Below are positions 27,151-36,863 of a DNA stretch of 64,000 bases, one piece after another. A model generated the notes under the pieces. That model saw only the letters and a list, made by a program, of their open reading frames with translations, was not told where the DNA came from and did no database searches. Numbering within the stretch: the stretch's first letter is position 1; the number at the start of each line of letters is the position of its first letter. Source of the stretch: Candidatus Altimarinota bacterium (lineage in GTDB: Bacteria; Patescibacteriota; Gracilibacteria; CAIRYL01; GCA-016699755); the NCBI GenBank assembly GCA_963664295.1, contig OY760935.1:992001-1056000 (forward strand), given 5' to 3'. Position numbers and translations under genes: made by a program.

Positions 27151-29829
27151 TTATTCACTAACAATAATAGTGACAGAAATTTGACCAACTTCATTGCCAT
27201 AAATACCAACACCAAGATTTTGCCAATTTTCTTCTAGTAAAATATTATCACTTTCTTGGTTATTAAGATTAATTTTTATTTCAGAAAAAGAGCTTATTAA
27301 AGAGCTAAATTGTTCAACTTTAAAAATTAAGGCACTGGATTTTGTTTGTATGCCAGCATTTTCCAGCAAGCTCTGTAAAGAGTCACCATCTGATGAGCTA
27401 AAATCAAAAAAATCAGAGTCGCTCATTTTTTTTGACCAACTTTGAGCAATGCTCTGCAGGCTTACATTAGGTATTAAGGGGTTATTGCGAATATCATTTA
27501 CAGTTTTTAAAATTTGATCTCTATAAGAAGCCAAATTGTTGTTATCAAACGGTTCTTCGGAAAAAAGTTCAACAACAATAATTTCCCCGCTTTCTCTTTT
27601 TGCTAAGCCAATGCCAACTTCTTGCCAGTTTTCATTAAGAATGTTGCGTCTGTGAATAGGACTACGCATTAAGCCATTATGAGCAAGGCTAAGGTTTATG
27701 TCCATGGCAATATTTTCAAAAACACCGGTTTTTACTGCATGTTCAACACGATAATCATTTGCGTCTTTGCCATCAGGGTCTGTATGGGCAAAATAATTTC
27801 TTTCTTGCATGTCACTTGCTCTGAATTGAGCTAAGGCATTTAAATTATCATTAAGCTCAACTTTGGTCAGGCCAGCCTTTGCTCGGGAAGAGTTAACCAT
27901 AGATAATAATATTCTTCGATCTGCGCTAAGATTTATGTTTTCAAGAGGATCTTGTGGTTCAGACACACGATAATCTGGTAATAGTGGCACAAATCCTTTT
28001 TGTACAACAGGTGCGTTAATAATTGCAAATCCACCAGTGTCATTGATTTCAATAATATAAGTTCCTACTTCTGTTGGTGCGTAATTAAAAACAAAATCAT
28101 TACCATCAATACTCAGGGGTACGTCAATAATTTTTTCACTAGGCGTTATAATTGTTGCATTTTCTTTGAGGTTTACAGGGCTTGTTCCAGATATTTTTAA
28201 GTTTTGATTTTGAACATAATAAGGAGGCAGGTTGAGGTTGTTTATTTGTTCTTCAACTATTCTTTCATGCTCAATTACAGCATAAAAATCAACACTTACT
28301 GCATCAGAAAATGTTTTATTTTGGCTATTAGAAAGGCTGTTTTCAAGGGGTGCGCCAGCAATTTCTACTGTCATAAAGCCTTCCTGAAAATTCTCAAAAA
28401 TTTCAGTTGGTGTTTGAAATGAGTTTTGATTATTAACAAAAATCTCTATTGTTTCATTTTCTTGTGTAAATCTGAGCCTAAAGAGCTGGTTCCAATCATC
28501 TTCCCAAGAAAAAATTGCTTTGCCATTAATATTTTTAATAACAAAATTAGCAGGTTTACTTTGTGATTGTTCCTCAAAGTTTGGTTCACAAATAGGATCA
28601 TAAACAGTGATAGAGCCTATTTTGCTTTGACCGCTTGTGCCAGGGATCATTGCAATTTCGTGTTCACCAGCTTCATCACTAAAAGTAATTTGCACTTCAA
28701 AACTATTGTTATACACAAGGCCTGAATATGTTTTTTTATCAATAAAAACCGTCACTTCATCAGCTACAACACCCGACCCTAGTTCACCTTTTATGGTATA
28801 AATTTCATTTTTTCTAAATATTTTTGGAATATCATTATCCAAAATTAAGTTATTAAAAAAATCTTTTTCCAATAAATCATTTTCTGTATTTATTTGGCAA
28901 ATTTCTTTGGTTGGTATGCCTGCTGGTGTATCTTCGGGCAATTCTTTGAGTCGCACATTAGCAAGACCACGAGAAAGAGGATAAATTGCCTCAAAAGCTA
29001 TTTCTGAGAGATCAATAATTCTTCCTTCTGCATAGGGCCCTCTATCATTTATTTTAACTATAACAGACTTATTATTGTCTTGATTTGTGACGAGTATTTT
29101 TGTGCCAAAAGGAAAGGTTTGATGAGCAGCGGTATATTTATCTTGATCAAAAACTTCTCCATTGGCTGTATTACGACCTTCGAAAAAATCGGCTAAATAA
29201 CTGGCGCCACCTTCGTCCGGATGATCATTTTCTTTCCATTTTTCTAGCCTATAAAATATTTCCGCAAGCTCTCCTCTGGTCATATCCTTTGCAGGTTGGG
29301 CGTAGTTTGGGTTGTCAAAAAAATTATTATTTTTTGCAAAAGCAAAATAAGACGCAAACCATTCATCAGCACCAATATCTAAATAAGGACTTTTTTCCGG
29401 TTGTTCAAGCTGAATTCCGTTTACAAGAATTAGCATTTTTAATGCTTCAGCACGATTTACTGTGCGGGTTGGCTCAAAATATCCCTCAGCAGTTCCCTTG
29501 ATAACGCCAAGGTTTTTAGCCTTAAAAACATAAGGGCTAAACCACTCATCCCTTGGTACATCTGGAAAAGGTTTGTCCGCAGGAATTCCTTCTGCTTCAA
29601 GTCCAGAGCCAAGAATTAAAATTTTTAATGCCTCAGCACGATTTACTTTTTGATCTGGCTTAAAACTGCCATCAGAAAAGCCGTTCAGCACTCCTTGATC
29701 ACTTAAATAAGTAATTGCAGTAAAGTTTGTGTGCTCTGGGCTAACATCGGTAAAAAATTTAGCACTAACTTGAGCAGGCAAAGTTAGTGAAAATATTATT
29801 CCAAAAATAATTATAATTTTTTTCTTCAT
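27151..29829 (-). CDS. SLH + RlpA-like lytic transglycosylase (DPBB) + CAP domain protein
   Basis: SLH 'GFSDGSFKPDQKVNRAE'; RlpA 'TANGE...TAAH...PFGT...INDRGP...IIDLS'; CAP 'YFAH...ENIA...SPIHRRNIL...VGIG' plus a second degenerate CAP. Confidence 0.88.
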   Translation of the reverse strand: MKKKIIIIFGIIFSLTLPAQVSAKFFTDVSPEHTNFTAITYLSDQGVLNGFSDGSFKPDQKVNRAEALKILILGSGLEAEGIPADKPFPDVPRDEWFSPYVFKAKNLGVIKGTAEGYFEPTRTVNRAEALKMLILVNGIQLEQPEKSPYLDIGADEWFASYFAFAKNNNFFDNPNYAQPAKDMTRGELAEIFYRLEKWKENDHPDEGGASYLADFFEGRNTANGEVFDQDKYTAAHQTFPFGTKILVTNQDNNKSVIVKINDRGPYAEGRIIDLSEIAFEAIYPLSRGLANVRLKELPEDTPAGIPTKEICQINTENDLLEKDFFNNLILDNDIPKIFRKNEIYTIKGELGSGVVADEVTVFIDKKTYSGLVYNNSFEVQITFSDEAGEHEIAMIPGTSGQSKIGSITVYDPICEPNFEEQSQSKPANFVIKNINGKAIFSWEDDWNQLFRLRFTQENETIEIFVNNQNSFQTPTEIFENFQEGFMTVEIAGAPLENSLSNSQNKTFSDAVSVDFYAVIEHERIVEEQINNLNLPPYYVQNQNLKISGTSPVNLKENATIITPSEKIIDVPLSIDGNDFVFNYAPTEVGTYIIEINDTGGFAIINAPVVQKGFVPLLPDYRVSEPQDPLENINLSADRRILLSMVNSSRAKAGLTKVELNDNLNALAQFRASDMQERNYFAHTDPDGKDANDYRVEHAVKTGVFENIAMDINLSLAHNGLMRSPIHRRNILNENWQEVGIGLAKRESGEIIVVELFSEEPFDNNNLASYRDQILKTVNDIRNNPLIPNVSLQSIAQSWSKKMSDSDFFDFSSSDGDSLQSLLENAGIQTKSSALIFKVEQFSSLISSFSEIKINLNNQESDNILLEENWQNLGVGIYGNEVGQISVTIIVSE

Positions 29830-29926
29830 TTTTTAGGTGTTTTTACTTCTTTGGTATTGTTTCATAAATACTTTATTCTTGCAATAAAAGCTGTTTTTCG
29901 GTATTATTATCTAATACAAAAACAAA

Positions 29927-30988
29927 ATGAACTTAGATATTTTTGAGATATTAAATAAGGCATATGAGTTAGGTGCTTCTGATATTCACATTAGCACCAA
30001 AGAAAAGCCAATTTTTCGTTTGCATGGCACAACAGAGGCGCAAGATGATTTGCCAATTTTGAGCCTTGAAGACAGCAAAAGACTGATTGAACAAACAATG
30101 AACGAAGAGCAAAAAAATATTTTTGCAGAAGAAAAAGATTTAGATTATGCAATTGAAATACCCGGAGTTGCCCGTTTTCGTGTTAATGCTTTTTTGACAA
30201 CAAAAGGAGTTAATGCAGTTTTTAGAATTATTCCGTCCAAAATTATTACTTTTGACGAACTCAGATTGCCAGAAGTCTTAAGAAAAATTGTTGATTTACA
30301 AAAAGGCTTAGTTGTTGTGACAGGACCAACAGGAAGTGGTAAGTCAACAACACTGGCTGCTATAATTGATCTTATTAACAAAAAAAGAAAAGCACATATT
30401 GTGACAATCGAAGATCCAATTGAGTTTGTTCATAAGCCACAAGAGTCAATTATTACTCACAGAGAAGTTGGTAAGCACACTAAATCTTTTGCTTCTGCCT
30501 TGAGGGTGGTGACAAGGCAGGACCCTGATGTGGTTTTGGTAGGAGAAATGAGAGACTTGGAAACTATTTCCTTGGCGCTTACCGCTGCGGAATCAGGTGC
30601 TTTGGTTTTTGGCACTTTACATACTGCCAGTGCAGCAAAAACAATTAACAGAATTGTTGATGTTTTTTCTGCTGAAGAACAAGATCAAATTCGCTCTATG
30701 TTAGCAGACTCAATGAAATTTATAGTTGCACAAGCATTATTAAAAAAAGTAGACGGCGGTAGAACAGGTGCATTTGAAATATTAATTGGTACGGACGCAG
30801 TGCGAAACCAAATTAGAAAGAATGAGGTTCATCAAATACCTCTTTCCATACAAAGTGGGCATGACGTAGGCATGCAATCAATAGACCAAAATTTATTTGA
30901 ATTATTAAGCAACAAGGAGGTCTCATATGAAGAAGCAATTGTCCATGCTGTTAATAAACCAAGCTTTGAACAGTTTAAGTCCTTATGA
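29927..30988 (+). CDS. pilT: Type IV pilus retraction ATPase PilT family
   Basis: ASDIH, GPTGSGKSTT, TIEDPIE, DPDVVLVGEMRD, GTLHT. Confidence 0.92.
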   Translation: MNLDIFEILNKAYELGASDIHISTKEKPIFRLHGTTEAQDDLPILSLEDSKRLIEQTMNEEQKNIFAEEKDLDYAIEIPGVARFRVNAFLTTKGVNAVFRIIPSKIITFDELRLPEVLRKIVDLQKGLVVVTGPTGSGKSTTLAAIIDLINKKRKAHIVTIEDPIEFVHKPQESIITHREVGKHTKSFASALRVVTRQDPDVVLVGEMRDLETISLALTAAESGALVFGTLHTASAAKTINRIVDVFSAEEQDQIRSMLADSMKFIVAQALLKKVDGGRTGAFEILIGTDAVRNQIRKNEVHQIPLSIQSGHDVGMQSIDQNLFELLSNKEVSYEEAIVHAVNKPSFEQFKSL

Positions 30989-32169
30989 TTAACCAAGAAA
31001 ATAATGCAGGCGGAATTCACTTTAATACACCAGCCGAAGAAATGGGTGCTGGCGGAATTGTTTTCAATGAACCAGAACAAGCAGTGATAGATGGTGATCA
31101 TTTGCCAACAGGCACAGGAGAAGTTTCCACAAAAGCACTTTTTGAATATGTACGCGCAAACCATGGCTCTGATTTACATATTGCTCCCAATAGTCCTCCT
31201 AAAATACGACTATATGGTGAAATATTTTTAATTCCTGGTTATGAAAATTTAACAGAAGAAAATGTTTTTTCTTTGATTTATGAAACAATGGACGAAGAAA
31301 CAAAAAAAGAATTTACAGCAGAAAATGACATTGATTATAGCTATGTTGATCCCGAAAAGAAGCGATATCGCTGTAATGCCATGATGAGCTTGGCTGGTCC
31401 TGCGGGTGTTTTTCGTTTAATTACTGATAATATTAAAAGTTTTGAAGAATTAGGTTTACCAGAAAGCGCAAAAAGAATAAAGGCTTTACGAAAAGGGCTT
31501 GTTTTAGTGACAGGACCTGCTGGTTGTGGAAAATCAACCACGCTAGCAACCTTAGTTGACATGATTAATACAGAGCATGATGGACACATTTTAACAATTG
31601 AAGACCCAGTAGAGGTTTTACACAAATCAAAAAAAGCATTAGTAAATCACAGAGAAGTTGGCAGACACACTAATTCGTTTTATCGAGCTCTAAAATCTGC
31701 ACTCAGAGAAGACCCCGATGTAATTATGATTGGTGAAATGAGAGACCTGGAAACTATTTCTTTGGCACTCACCGCCGCGGAAACAGGACATTTAGTCTTT
31801 GGCACTTTGCATACTTCAAGTGCACATAAAACAATTACCAGAATTATTGATGTTTTTCCAACAGGCAAAAAACAACAAATCATCACTATGCTTTCTGAGT
31901 CTGTTCAGTGTGTAATTTCGCAAGTTTTATGTAAAAAGAAAAATGAGCCAGGACAAGTTCCTGCTTTTGAAATAATGTTTGGCACACCAGCTATTCGTAA
32001 TTTAATTCGTACTAATAAAATTTTTCAAATTCCCTCAGCAGTTTCAGTTGGCATGCGAGAAGGCATGCACACGCTTGATCAGGCCTTGGAAAAATTAGTA
32101 AAAGAAGGAAAAATTAGTGCCGAAGAGGCAAAAAAACATGCTCACAATCCGCGAGATTTAAATATATAA
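30985..32169 (+). CDS. pilT: Second PilT/PilU-family ATPase
   Basis: GPAGCGKSTT, LREDPDVIMIGEMRD, AETGHLVFGTLHT, AIRNLIR. Confidence 0.9.
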   Translation: MINQENNAGGIHFNTPAEEMGAGGIVFNEPEQAVIDGDHLPTGTGEVSTKALFEYVRANHGSDLHIAPNSPPKIRLYGEIFLIPGYENLTEENVFSLIYETMDEETKKEFTAENDIDYSYVDPEKKRYRCNAMMSLAGPAGVFRLITDNIKSFEELGLPESAKRIKALRKGLVLVTGPAGCGKSTTLATLVDMINTEHDGHILTIEDPVEVLHKSKKALVNHREVGRHTNSFYRALKSALREDPDVIMIGEMRDLETISLALTAAETGHLVFGTLHTSSAHKTITRIIDVFPTGKKQQIITMLSESVQCVISQVLCKKKNEPGQVPAFEIMFGTPAIRNLIRTNKIFQIPSAVSVGMREGMHTLDQALEKLVKEGKISAEEAKKHAHNPRDLNI

Positions 32170-32229
32170 TCTAACGCCTTGCACTTTTTATTTTTGCGTG
32201 GCAAGATTTTCGAGACTCTTTGAAAAACT

Positions 32230-33432
32230 GTGAAAGAAAAATTTGCTTCCATAGAAGAAGCTTTAGCAGAGGTGAAGGCAGGAAAGCCAATTATAATTGT
32301 TGATGATGAGGATCGTGAAAACGAAGGAGATTTAATGGTGGCTGGTGAAAAAATTACACCAGAAATAATCAATTTTTTTGCAAAACACGCTAGGGGGCTT
32401 GTTTGCACTCCTGTTGAGAAACCTATTTCTGACAGGCTAGACTTTCATCCAATGACAGAAAAGGCTGATGAAGATACTTGTAATTTTGCTATTTCTGTTG
32501 ATGCAAGGAAGGGTGTTGATACTGGTATTTCTGCTGGTGACCGTGCTTACACAATTCAAAAAATTGTTGACGAAAGTTCTGTGGCAAAGGATTTTGTTCG
32601 TCCAGGACACGTTTTTCCTTTGAATGCAAAAGAAGGTGGAGTTTTAGTGCGTTGTGGTCATACCGAAGCTTCAATTGATCTTTGTAAATTGGCTGGATTT
32701 AAAGGCGTGGCAGTAATTTGTGAAATCATGAATGATGATGGCACGATGGCAAGAGTGCCAGATATTTTTCAGTTTGCTGAAAAACACGATGTAAAAGTGA
32801 TGACAATTTCCGACTTAGTGGCTTATAGAAGGCAAAAAGAAAAATTGGTTAAAAAAATATCTGAAGCAAGTTTGCCCACTGCCTTTGGCTATTTTCGTAT
32901 TCATGTTTTTGAGGAGCAAATCACAGGAAAAAACCATGTTGCTTTAACAATGGGCGATCTTGCGAACGCAGAAAATCCTTTAGTGCGTGTTCATTCTGAG
33001 TGTTTGACCGGTGATGTTTTTTATTCTTTGCGTTGTGATTGCGGTATTCAGCTTAAGCAAGCAATGCAAAAAATTGCAGAAGAAAAAACTGGAGTTTTAT
33101 TATATATGAGCCAAGAGGGGCGCGGTGTGGGCTTGAGCAACAAAATATCGGCCTATCACTTGCAGGATCAGGGATTAGATACAGTTGAAGCCAATGAAGA
33201 ATTAGGTTTTAAAAGTGACCTTCGTGATTATGGGATTGGTGCCCAGATATTAAAGGATTTTGGTTTGCAAAAAATTCGTCTTTTAACGAATAATCCACAA
33301 AAAATAGTTGGACTTAAAGGGCATGGACTTGAAATAACAGAAAGAATTTCCATACAAGCCCCAATAACAAAAGAGAATGAGAATTATTTAAAAACTAAAA
33401 AAGATAAAATGGGTCATCTTTTAGATGATTGA
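32230..33432 (+). CDS. ribBA: Bifunctional DHBP synthase / GTP cyclohydrolase II
   Basis: DDEDRENEGD, RPGHVFPL, GHTEA, RVHSECLTGD...RCDC, QEGRG, LLTNNP. Confidence 0.97.
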   Translation: MKEKFASIEEALAEVKAGKPIIIVDDEDRENEGDLMVAGEKITPEIINFFAKHARGLVCTPVEKPISDRLDFHPMTEKADEDTCNFAISVDARKGVDTGISAGDRAYTIQKIVDESSVAKDFVRPGHVFPLNAKEGGVLVRCGHTEASIDLCKLAGFKGVAVICEIMNDDGTMARVPDIFQFAEKHDVKVMTISDLVAYRRQKEKLVKKISEASLPTAFGYFRIHVFEEQITGKNHVALTMGDLANAENPLVRVHSECLTGDVFYSLRCDCGIQLKQAMQKIAEEKTGVLLYMSQEGRGVGLSNKISAYHLQDQGLDTVEANEELGFKSDLRDYGIGAQILKDFGLQKIRLLTNNPQKIVGLKGHGLEITERISIQAPITKENENYLKTKKDKMGHLLDD

Positions 33433-33487
33433 TTTGTTTTTTTGTAAAAAATCTTTAGAATAATAAAAGCCTTTTTAAATACACCTT

Positions 33488-33574
33488 ATGAAAATTAATT
33501 TCGACGGTGGTTGCGGTGGAGGTTGCTGTGACTATCAAGGTGGTGGCTGTGGAGGTGGTTGTTGCGGTGAGTAA
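33488..33574 (+). CDS. 28-aa Gly/Cys-rich peptide MKINFDGGCGGGCCDYQGGGCGGGCCGE (below ORF-track cutoff)
   Basis: ATG...TAA TAA; duplicated GGCGGGCC encoded with 6 of 8 synonymous codon differences; promoter-like sequence upstream and terminator downstream. Confidence 0.75.
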   Translation: MKINFDGGCGGGCCDYQGGGCGGGCCGE

Positions 33575-33601
33575 TAACCCTTTCTTATGAGTTGCCCACA
33601 A

Positions 33602-33628
33602 AAAAAATCCGCCTAAGGCGGATTTTTT
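33602..33628. terminator. Bidirectional intrinsic terminator
   Basis: AAAAAATCCGCC-TAA-GGCGGATTTTTT. Confidence 0.85.
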
Positions 33629-33653
33629 AATACAAATTTATTTATTTATGTTT

Positions 33654-34253
33654 TTATGAAGCAAATCTTTCCAAAAAATAACTAACAATACTTGGTGCAG
33701 AAAAGCCAATTATTCCACCAATAATTGCGCCAATAATTGCCTTTTTAGCCTTTGACATTTTTTCTTCATTGCCAGCTGCGGTAGCAAACATAATTCCGCC
33801 CCATGTCACAATAAGCACACAAATAGGACCCAAGATATAATAACCAAGTACATTAGTTGCATTTTGAATTATTTCACTTAAGTCTTTTGAATTTCCTCCA
33901 ATTGAAATATTACCATCTTTGCCATCACAATTTTCATCAATTCCATTGTCCATTTTTTCAATAGCACCAGGGTTTATATCTGCACCTTTTACAGTACCAC
34001 CAGTGATATCAGGGTTATAAACCTTGTTAGCATCAACCTGCGCAGGATCATCAGCATCAATAATAGGAAAATCGCAACGATATTCCTCAATTCCTTTTGA
34101 GCCAATAGCAGGCAAATCTTCGTTTGTACAACCTGTGCCATCATCGGCATAATAGCGATCTTTGTCTTGATCAACACATTCAGCTAAAGCCAAAGGAGCA
34201 ACAAGCATAAAAGCTAGACAAGAAAAAGATAATAAAGAAATAATTTTTTTCAT
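33654..34253 (-). CDS. VirB2/TrbC-like pilin with N-terminal MopE-related Cys/Asp metal-binding motif
   Basis: Signal peptide; 'CVDQDKDRY...INPGAIE...NGIDENCDGKD'; C-terminal 'GGIMFATAAGNEEKMSKAKKAIIGAIIG'. Confidence 0.75.
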   Translation of the reverse strand: MKKIISLLSFSCLAFMLVAPLALAECVDQDKDRYYADDGTGCTNEDLPAIGSKGIEEYRCDFPIIDADDPAQVDANKVYNPDITGGTVKGADINPGAIEKMDNGIDENCDGKDGNISIGGNSKDLSEIIQNATNVLGYYILGPICVLIVTWGGIMFATAAGNEEKMSKAKKAIIGAIIGGIIGFSAPSIVSYFLERFAS

Positions 34254-34293
34254 ATTTTTTAATTAAACTAAAAATATTTTGAAGTTAAAGGGC

Positions 34294-35259
34294 TTAAATT
34301 GCAAGCCCAACTCTTTTTTTAATTAAATTCAGTTTTTCAGAAGCTATTTTTTGAGCTTTTTGAGCTCCATTTTGTAGTAATATTTTTACTTGTTCAGGAT
34401 TTTTTGCTAATTCTTCTCTTTTTTCTCGATAAGGTTTTAGATAATCAAGCACTTTGTCAGCCAATTCTTTTTTCATGTCGCCATAACCTGTGCCACCTTT
34501 AAGAAATTTTTCTCTAAACAAGGACAATTCTTCGGAGTTCATAAATAATTTTGCAATGGCATAAATTATGTTTTCGTCAGGATTTTTTGGCTCATCTACT
34601 CCTTTTGAGTCGGTTTTAATTGACATTATTTTTTTGCGTAAATCTTTTTCAGGTGCAAATATTTCCAAAGTGTTTCCATAGCTTTTACTCATTTTTTGTC
34701 CATCTATACCAGGAATTATGCCAGTTTCTTCTGATATTTTTACATCAGGTATTTTAAAAGTATCTCCATAGTTATTATTAAACTTTTGCCCAAGATCACG
34801 AGTCACTTCTACATGTTGTTTTTGGTCTTTGCCAACAGGCACAATATCTGCATCGTAAAGCAAAATATCTGATGCCATTAAAACAGGATAATAAAAAAGA
34901 CCAACATTAGCCTCCATTCCTTTGGCTATTTTGTCTTTATAACTATGACAACGCTCTAGTAAGCCCATTGGCGCAAGACAGCCAAGCGACCAGGCAAGCT
35001 CAGTGTGTCCCGTAATATCACTTTGTCGATAAAAAACAGCTTTTTCCGGATTAAGGCCTAAAGCAAGATAGTCTATTGCTACATTTAGAACATTTTTACT
35101 TAATTCTTCGGCTCTATGAACAGTGGTCATAGCATGTAGGTCAGCAATAAAAATAAAAGCCTCATGTTCTTTTGATAGATTGATTACTGGCAACATGGCA
35201 CCAAATAAATTTCCTATATGTGGCGTACCACTTGGTTGAATTCCTGTTAAAACTCTCAT
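34294..35259 (-). CDS. trpS: Tryptophan--tRNA ligase
   Basis: TGIQPSGTPHIGN, YPVLMASDIL, VPVGKDQKQH, KMSKS. Confidence 0.98.
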   Translation of the reverse strand: MRVLTGIQPSGTPHIGNLFGAMLPVINLSKEHEAFIFIADLHAMTTVHRAEELSKNVLNVAIDYLALGLNPEKAVFYRQSDITGHTELAWSLGCLAPMGLLERCHSYKDKIAKGMEANVGLFYYPVLMASDILLYDADIVPVGKDQKQHVEVTRDLGQKFNNNYGDTFKIPDVKISEETGIIPGIDGQKMSKSYGNTLEIFAPEKDLRKKIMSIKTDSKGVDEPKNPDENIIYAIAKLFMNSEELSLFREKFLKGGTGYGDMKKELADKVLDYLKPYREKREELAKNPEQVKILLQNGAQKAQKIASEKLNLIKKRVGLAI

Positions 35260-35338
35260 TTCAAAAAATAAAATACTTTAATAATTTTACTTACTATCTT
35301 CATAATAGGCAAAAAATTATTAAATTTAAGAAAAAAAT

Positions 35339-35367
35339 TTGACTAAACCGAATTTTTAAGTGAAAAT
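35339..35367 (+). promoter_or_regulatory. Putative promoter for guaB operon
   Basis: TTGACT-17 bp-GAAAAT. Confidence 0.5.
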
Positions 35368-35390
35368 ATTAGAAATTATTTTTTGAAATT

Positions 35391-36848
35391 ATGAGTGAAA
35401 TGTCCCTAAAATTGACGTTTGATGATGTGCTTTTAGTCCCTCAGTATTCTGAGATATTGCCTCGTGACGTTGATACAAGTAGTTATTTTTCTAAGAATAT
35501 TAAAATTAAAACTCCACTTGTTTCTGCGGCTATGGACACTGTCACAGAGAGTTTAATGGCTATTGAAATGGCTTTAGCTGGTGGCATTGGCGTAATTCAC
35601 AAAAACTTAACCCCAGAAGAGCAAGCAAAAGAGGTGGCAACAGTAAAGCGTTTTGAAAATGGTTTTATTCGCAATCCAGAAGTATTACCACCTGATGCAA
35701 AAATAGAAAAAGCTTTTGAGATAAGAAAAAAGCTTGGCTTTAAGGCAATTCCAATCACAAAAGATGGTAAACCAAACGGAAAAGTGGTTGGACTAATAAC
35801 AGCCAATGATTTTTTTATTGATCGTCATCGTGATGTGAAAGTAAAAGAACGCATGACGCCAAGAAAAAATCTTTTTACAGCACAAGAAGGAATATCCCTA
35901 GAGGAAGCCAGAGAATTATTAGAAGAATCAAAACATTCCAAGTTAATTATTTTAGACAAAAATGACAGACTATTTGCCATGGTCACTCGTCGTGATATTG
36001 AAAAAAACCGAAATTTCCCAAATTCAACTTTGGATAAAGAAAATAGGTTGGCAGTTTCTGCAGCAGTTGGTCCTTCTGACATTAAAGAAAGGGCAAAACT
36101 TCTTGCAAAAGCAGGTGTAGATGCCTTTGTTGTCGACACTGCACATGGTCATTCTAAAGGCGTGATTGATACGGTCAAATACCTAAAAAAGAATTACAAA
36201 AAAATTGATGTAATTGCTGGCAATGTTGCCACCAAAGAAGGAGTAAAGAAGTTAATAGAAGCTGGTGTAGATGGGGTAAAAATTGGTATTGGCCCTGGCT
36301 CAATTTGTACTACTCGTATTATTTCTGGGGTTGGTGTTCCGCAATTATCTGCAATTATTGAGTGTGGACAAGAGGCACAAAAACACAAAATTCCTCTTAT
36401 TGCCGATGGTGGAATTAGGTATTCTGGTGATGCCGCAAAGGCTTTGGCTGCTGGTGCAAGTTCTGTTATGCTCGGCTCTCTTTTGGCTGGCACAAAAGAA
36501 GCGCCCGGTGAATTGATTTTTTCAGAAGGTAAAACTTTTAAAGTTTATCGTGGTATGGGTTCATTATCTGCTATGAAAAAAGGTAGCGCAGAAAGGTATG
36601 GTCAAGATGTTGCAGAAAAATTAGTGCCAGAAGGTATTGAAGGAAAAACAGTTTATAAAGGTAGCGTGAGGGGAGAGGTTTTTCAAATAGTTGGTGGAAT
36701 ACGCTCTTCTATGGGCTATCAAGGTGCTAAAAAAATTAGCGATCTTCACAAAAAGGCAAAATTTGTACGAATTTCTGCCTCAGCAATGAAAGAAAGCCAT
36801 CCTCACAGCATTTTTATTTCCAAAGAAGCGCCAAATTATCGTAAATAA
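35391..36848 (+). CDS. guaB: IMP dehydrogenase
   Basis: LTFDDVLLVP, CBS pair, GIGPGSICTTR, YRGMGS. Confidence 0.98.
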   Translation: MSEMSLKLTFDDVLLVPQYSEILPRDVDTSSYFSKNIKIKTPLVSAAMDTVTESLMAIEMALAGGIGVIHKNLTPEEQAKEVATVKRFENGFIRNPEVLPPDAKIEKAFEIRKKLGFKAIPITKDGKPNGKVVGLITANDFFIDRHRDVKVKERMTPRKNLFTAQEGISLEEARELLEESKHSKLIILDKNDRLFAMVTRRDIEKNRNFPNSTLDKENRLAVSAAVGPSDIKERAKLLAKAGVDAFVVDTAHGHSKGVIDTVKYLKKNYKKIDVIAGNVATKEGVKKLIEAGVDGVKIGIGPGSICTTRIISGVGVPQLSAIIECGQEAQKHKIPLIADGGIRYSGDAAKALAAGASSVMLGSLLAGTKEAPGELIFSEGKTFKVYRGMGSLSAMKKGSAERYGQDVAEKLVPEGIEGKTVYKGSVRGEVFQIVGGIRSSMGYQGAKKISDLHKKAKFVRISASAMKESHPHSIFISKEAPNYRK

Positions 36849-36863
36849 ATTTTTATTTTAATT

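Noticed and set aside
32170-32229. FMN riboswitch upstream of ribBA (and T-boxes before valS, trpS, pheT)
   Set aside because: Intergenic regions are short and AT-rich and lack the conserved motifs
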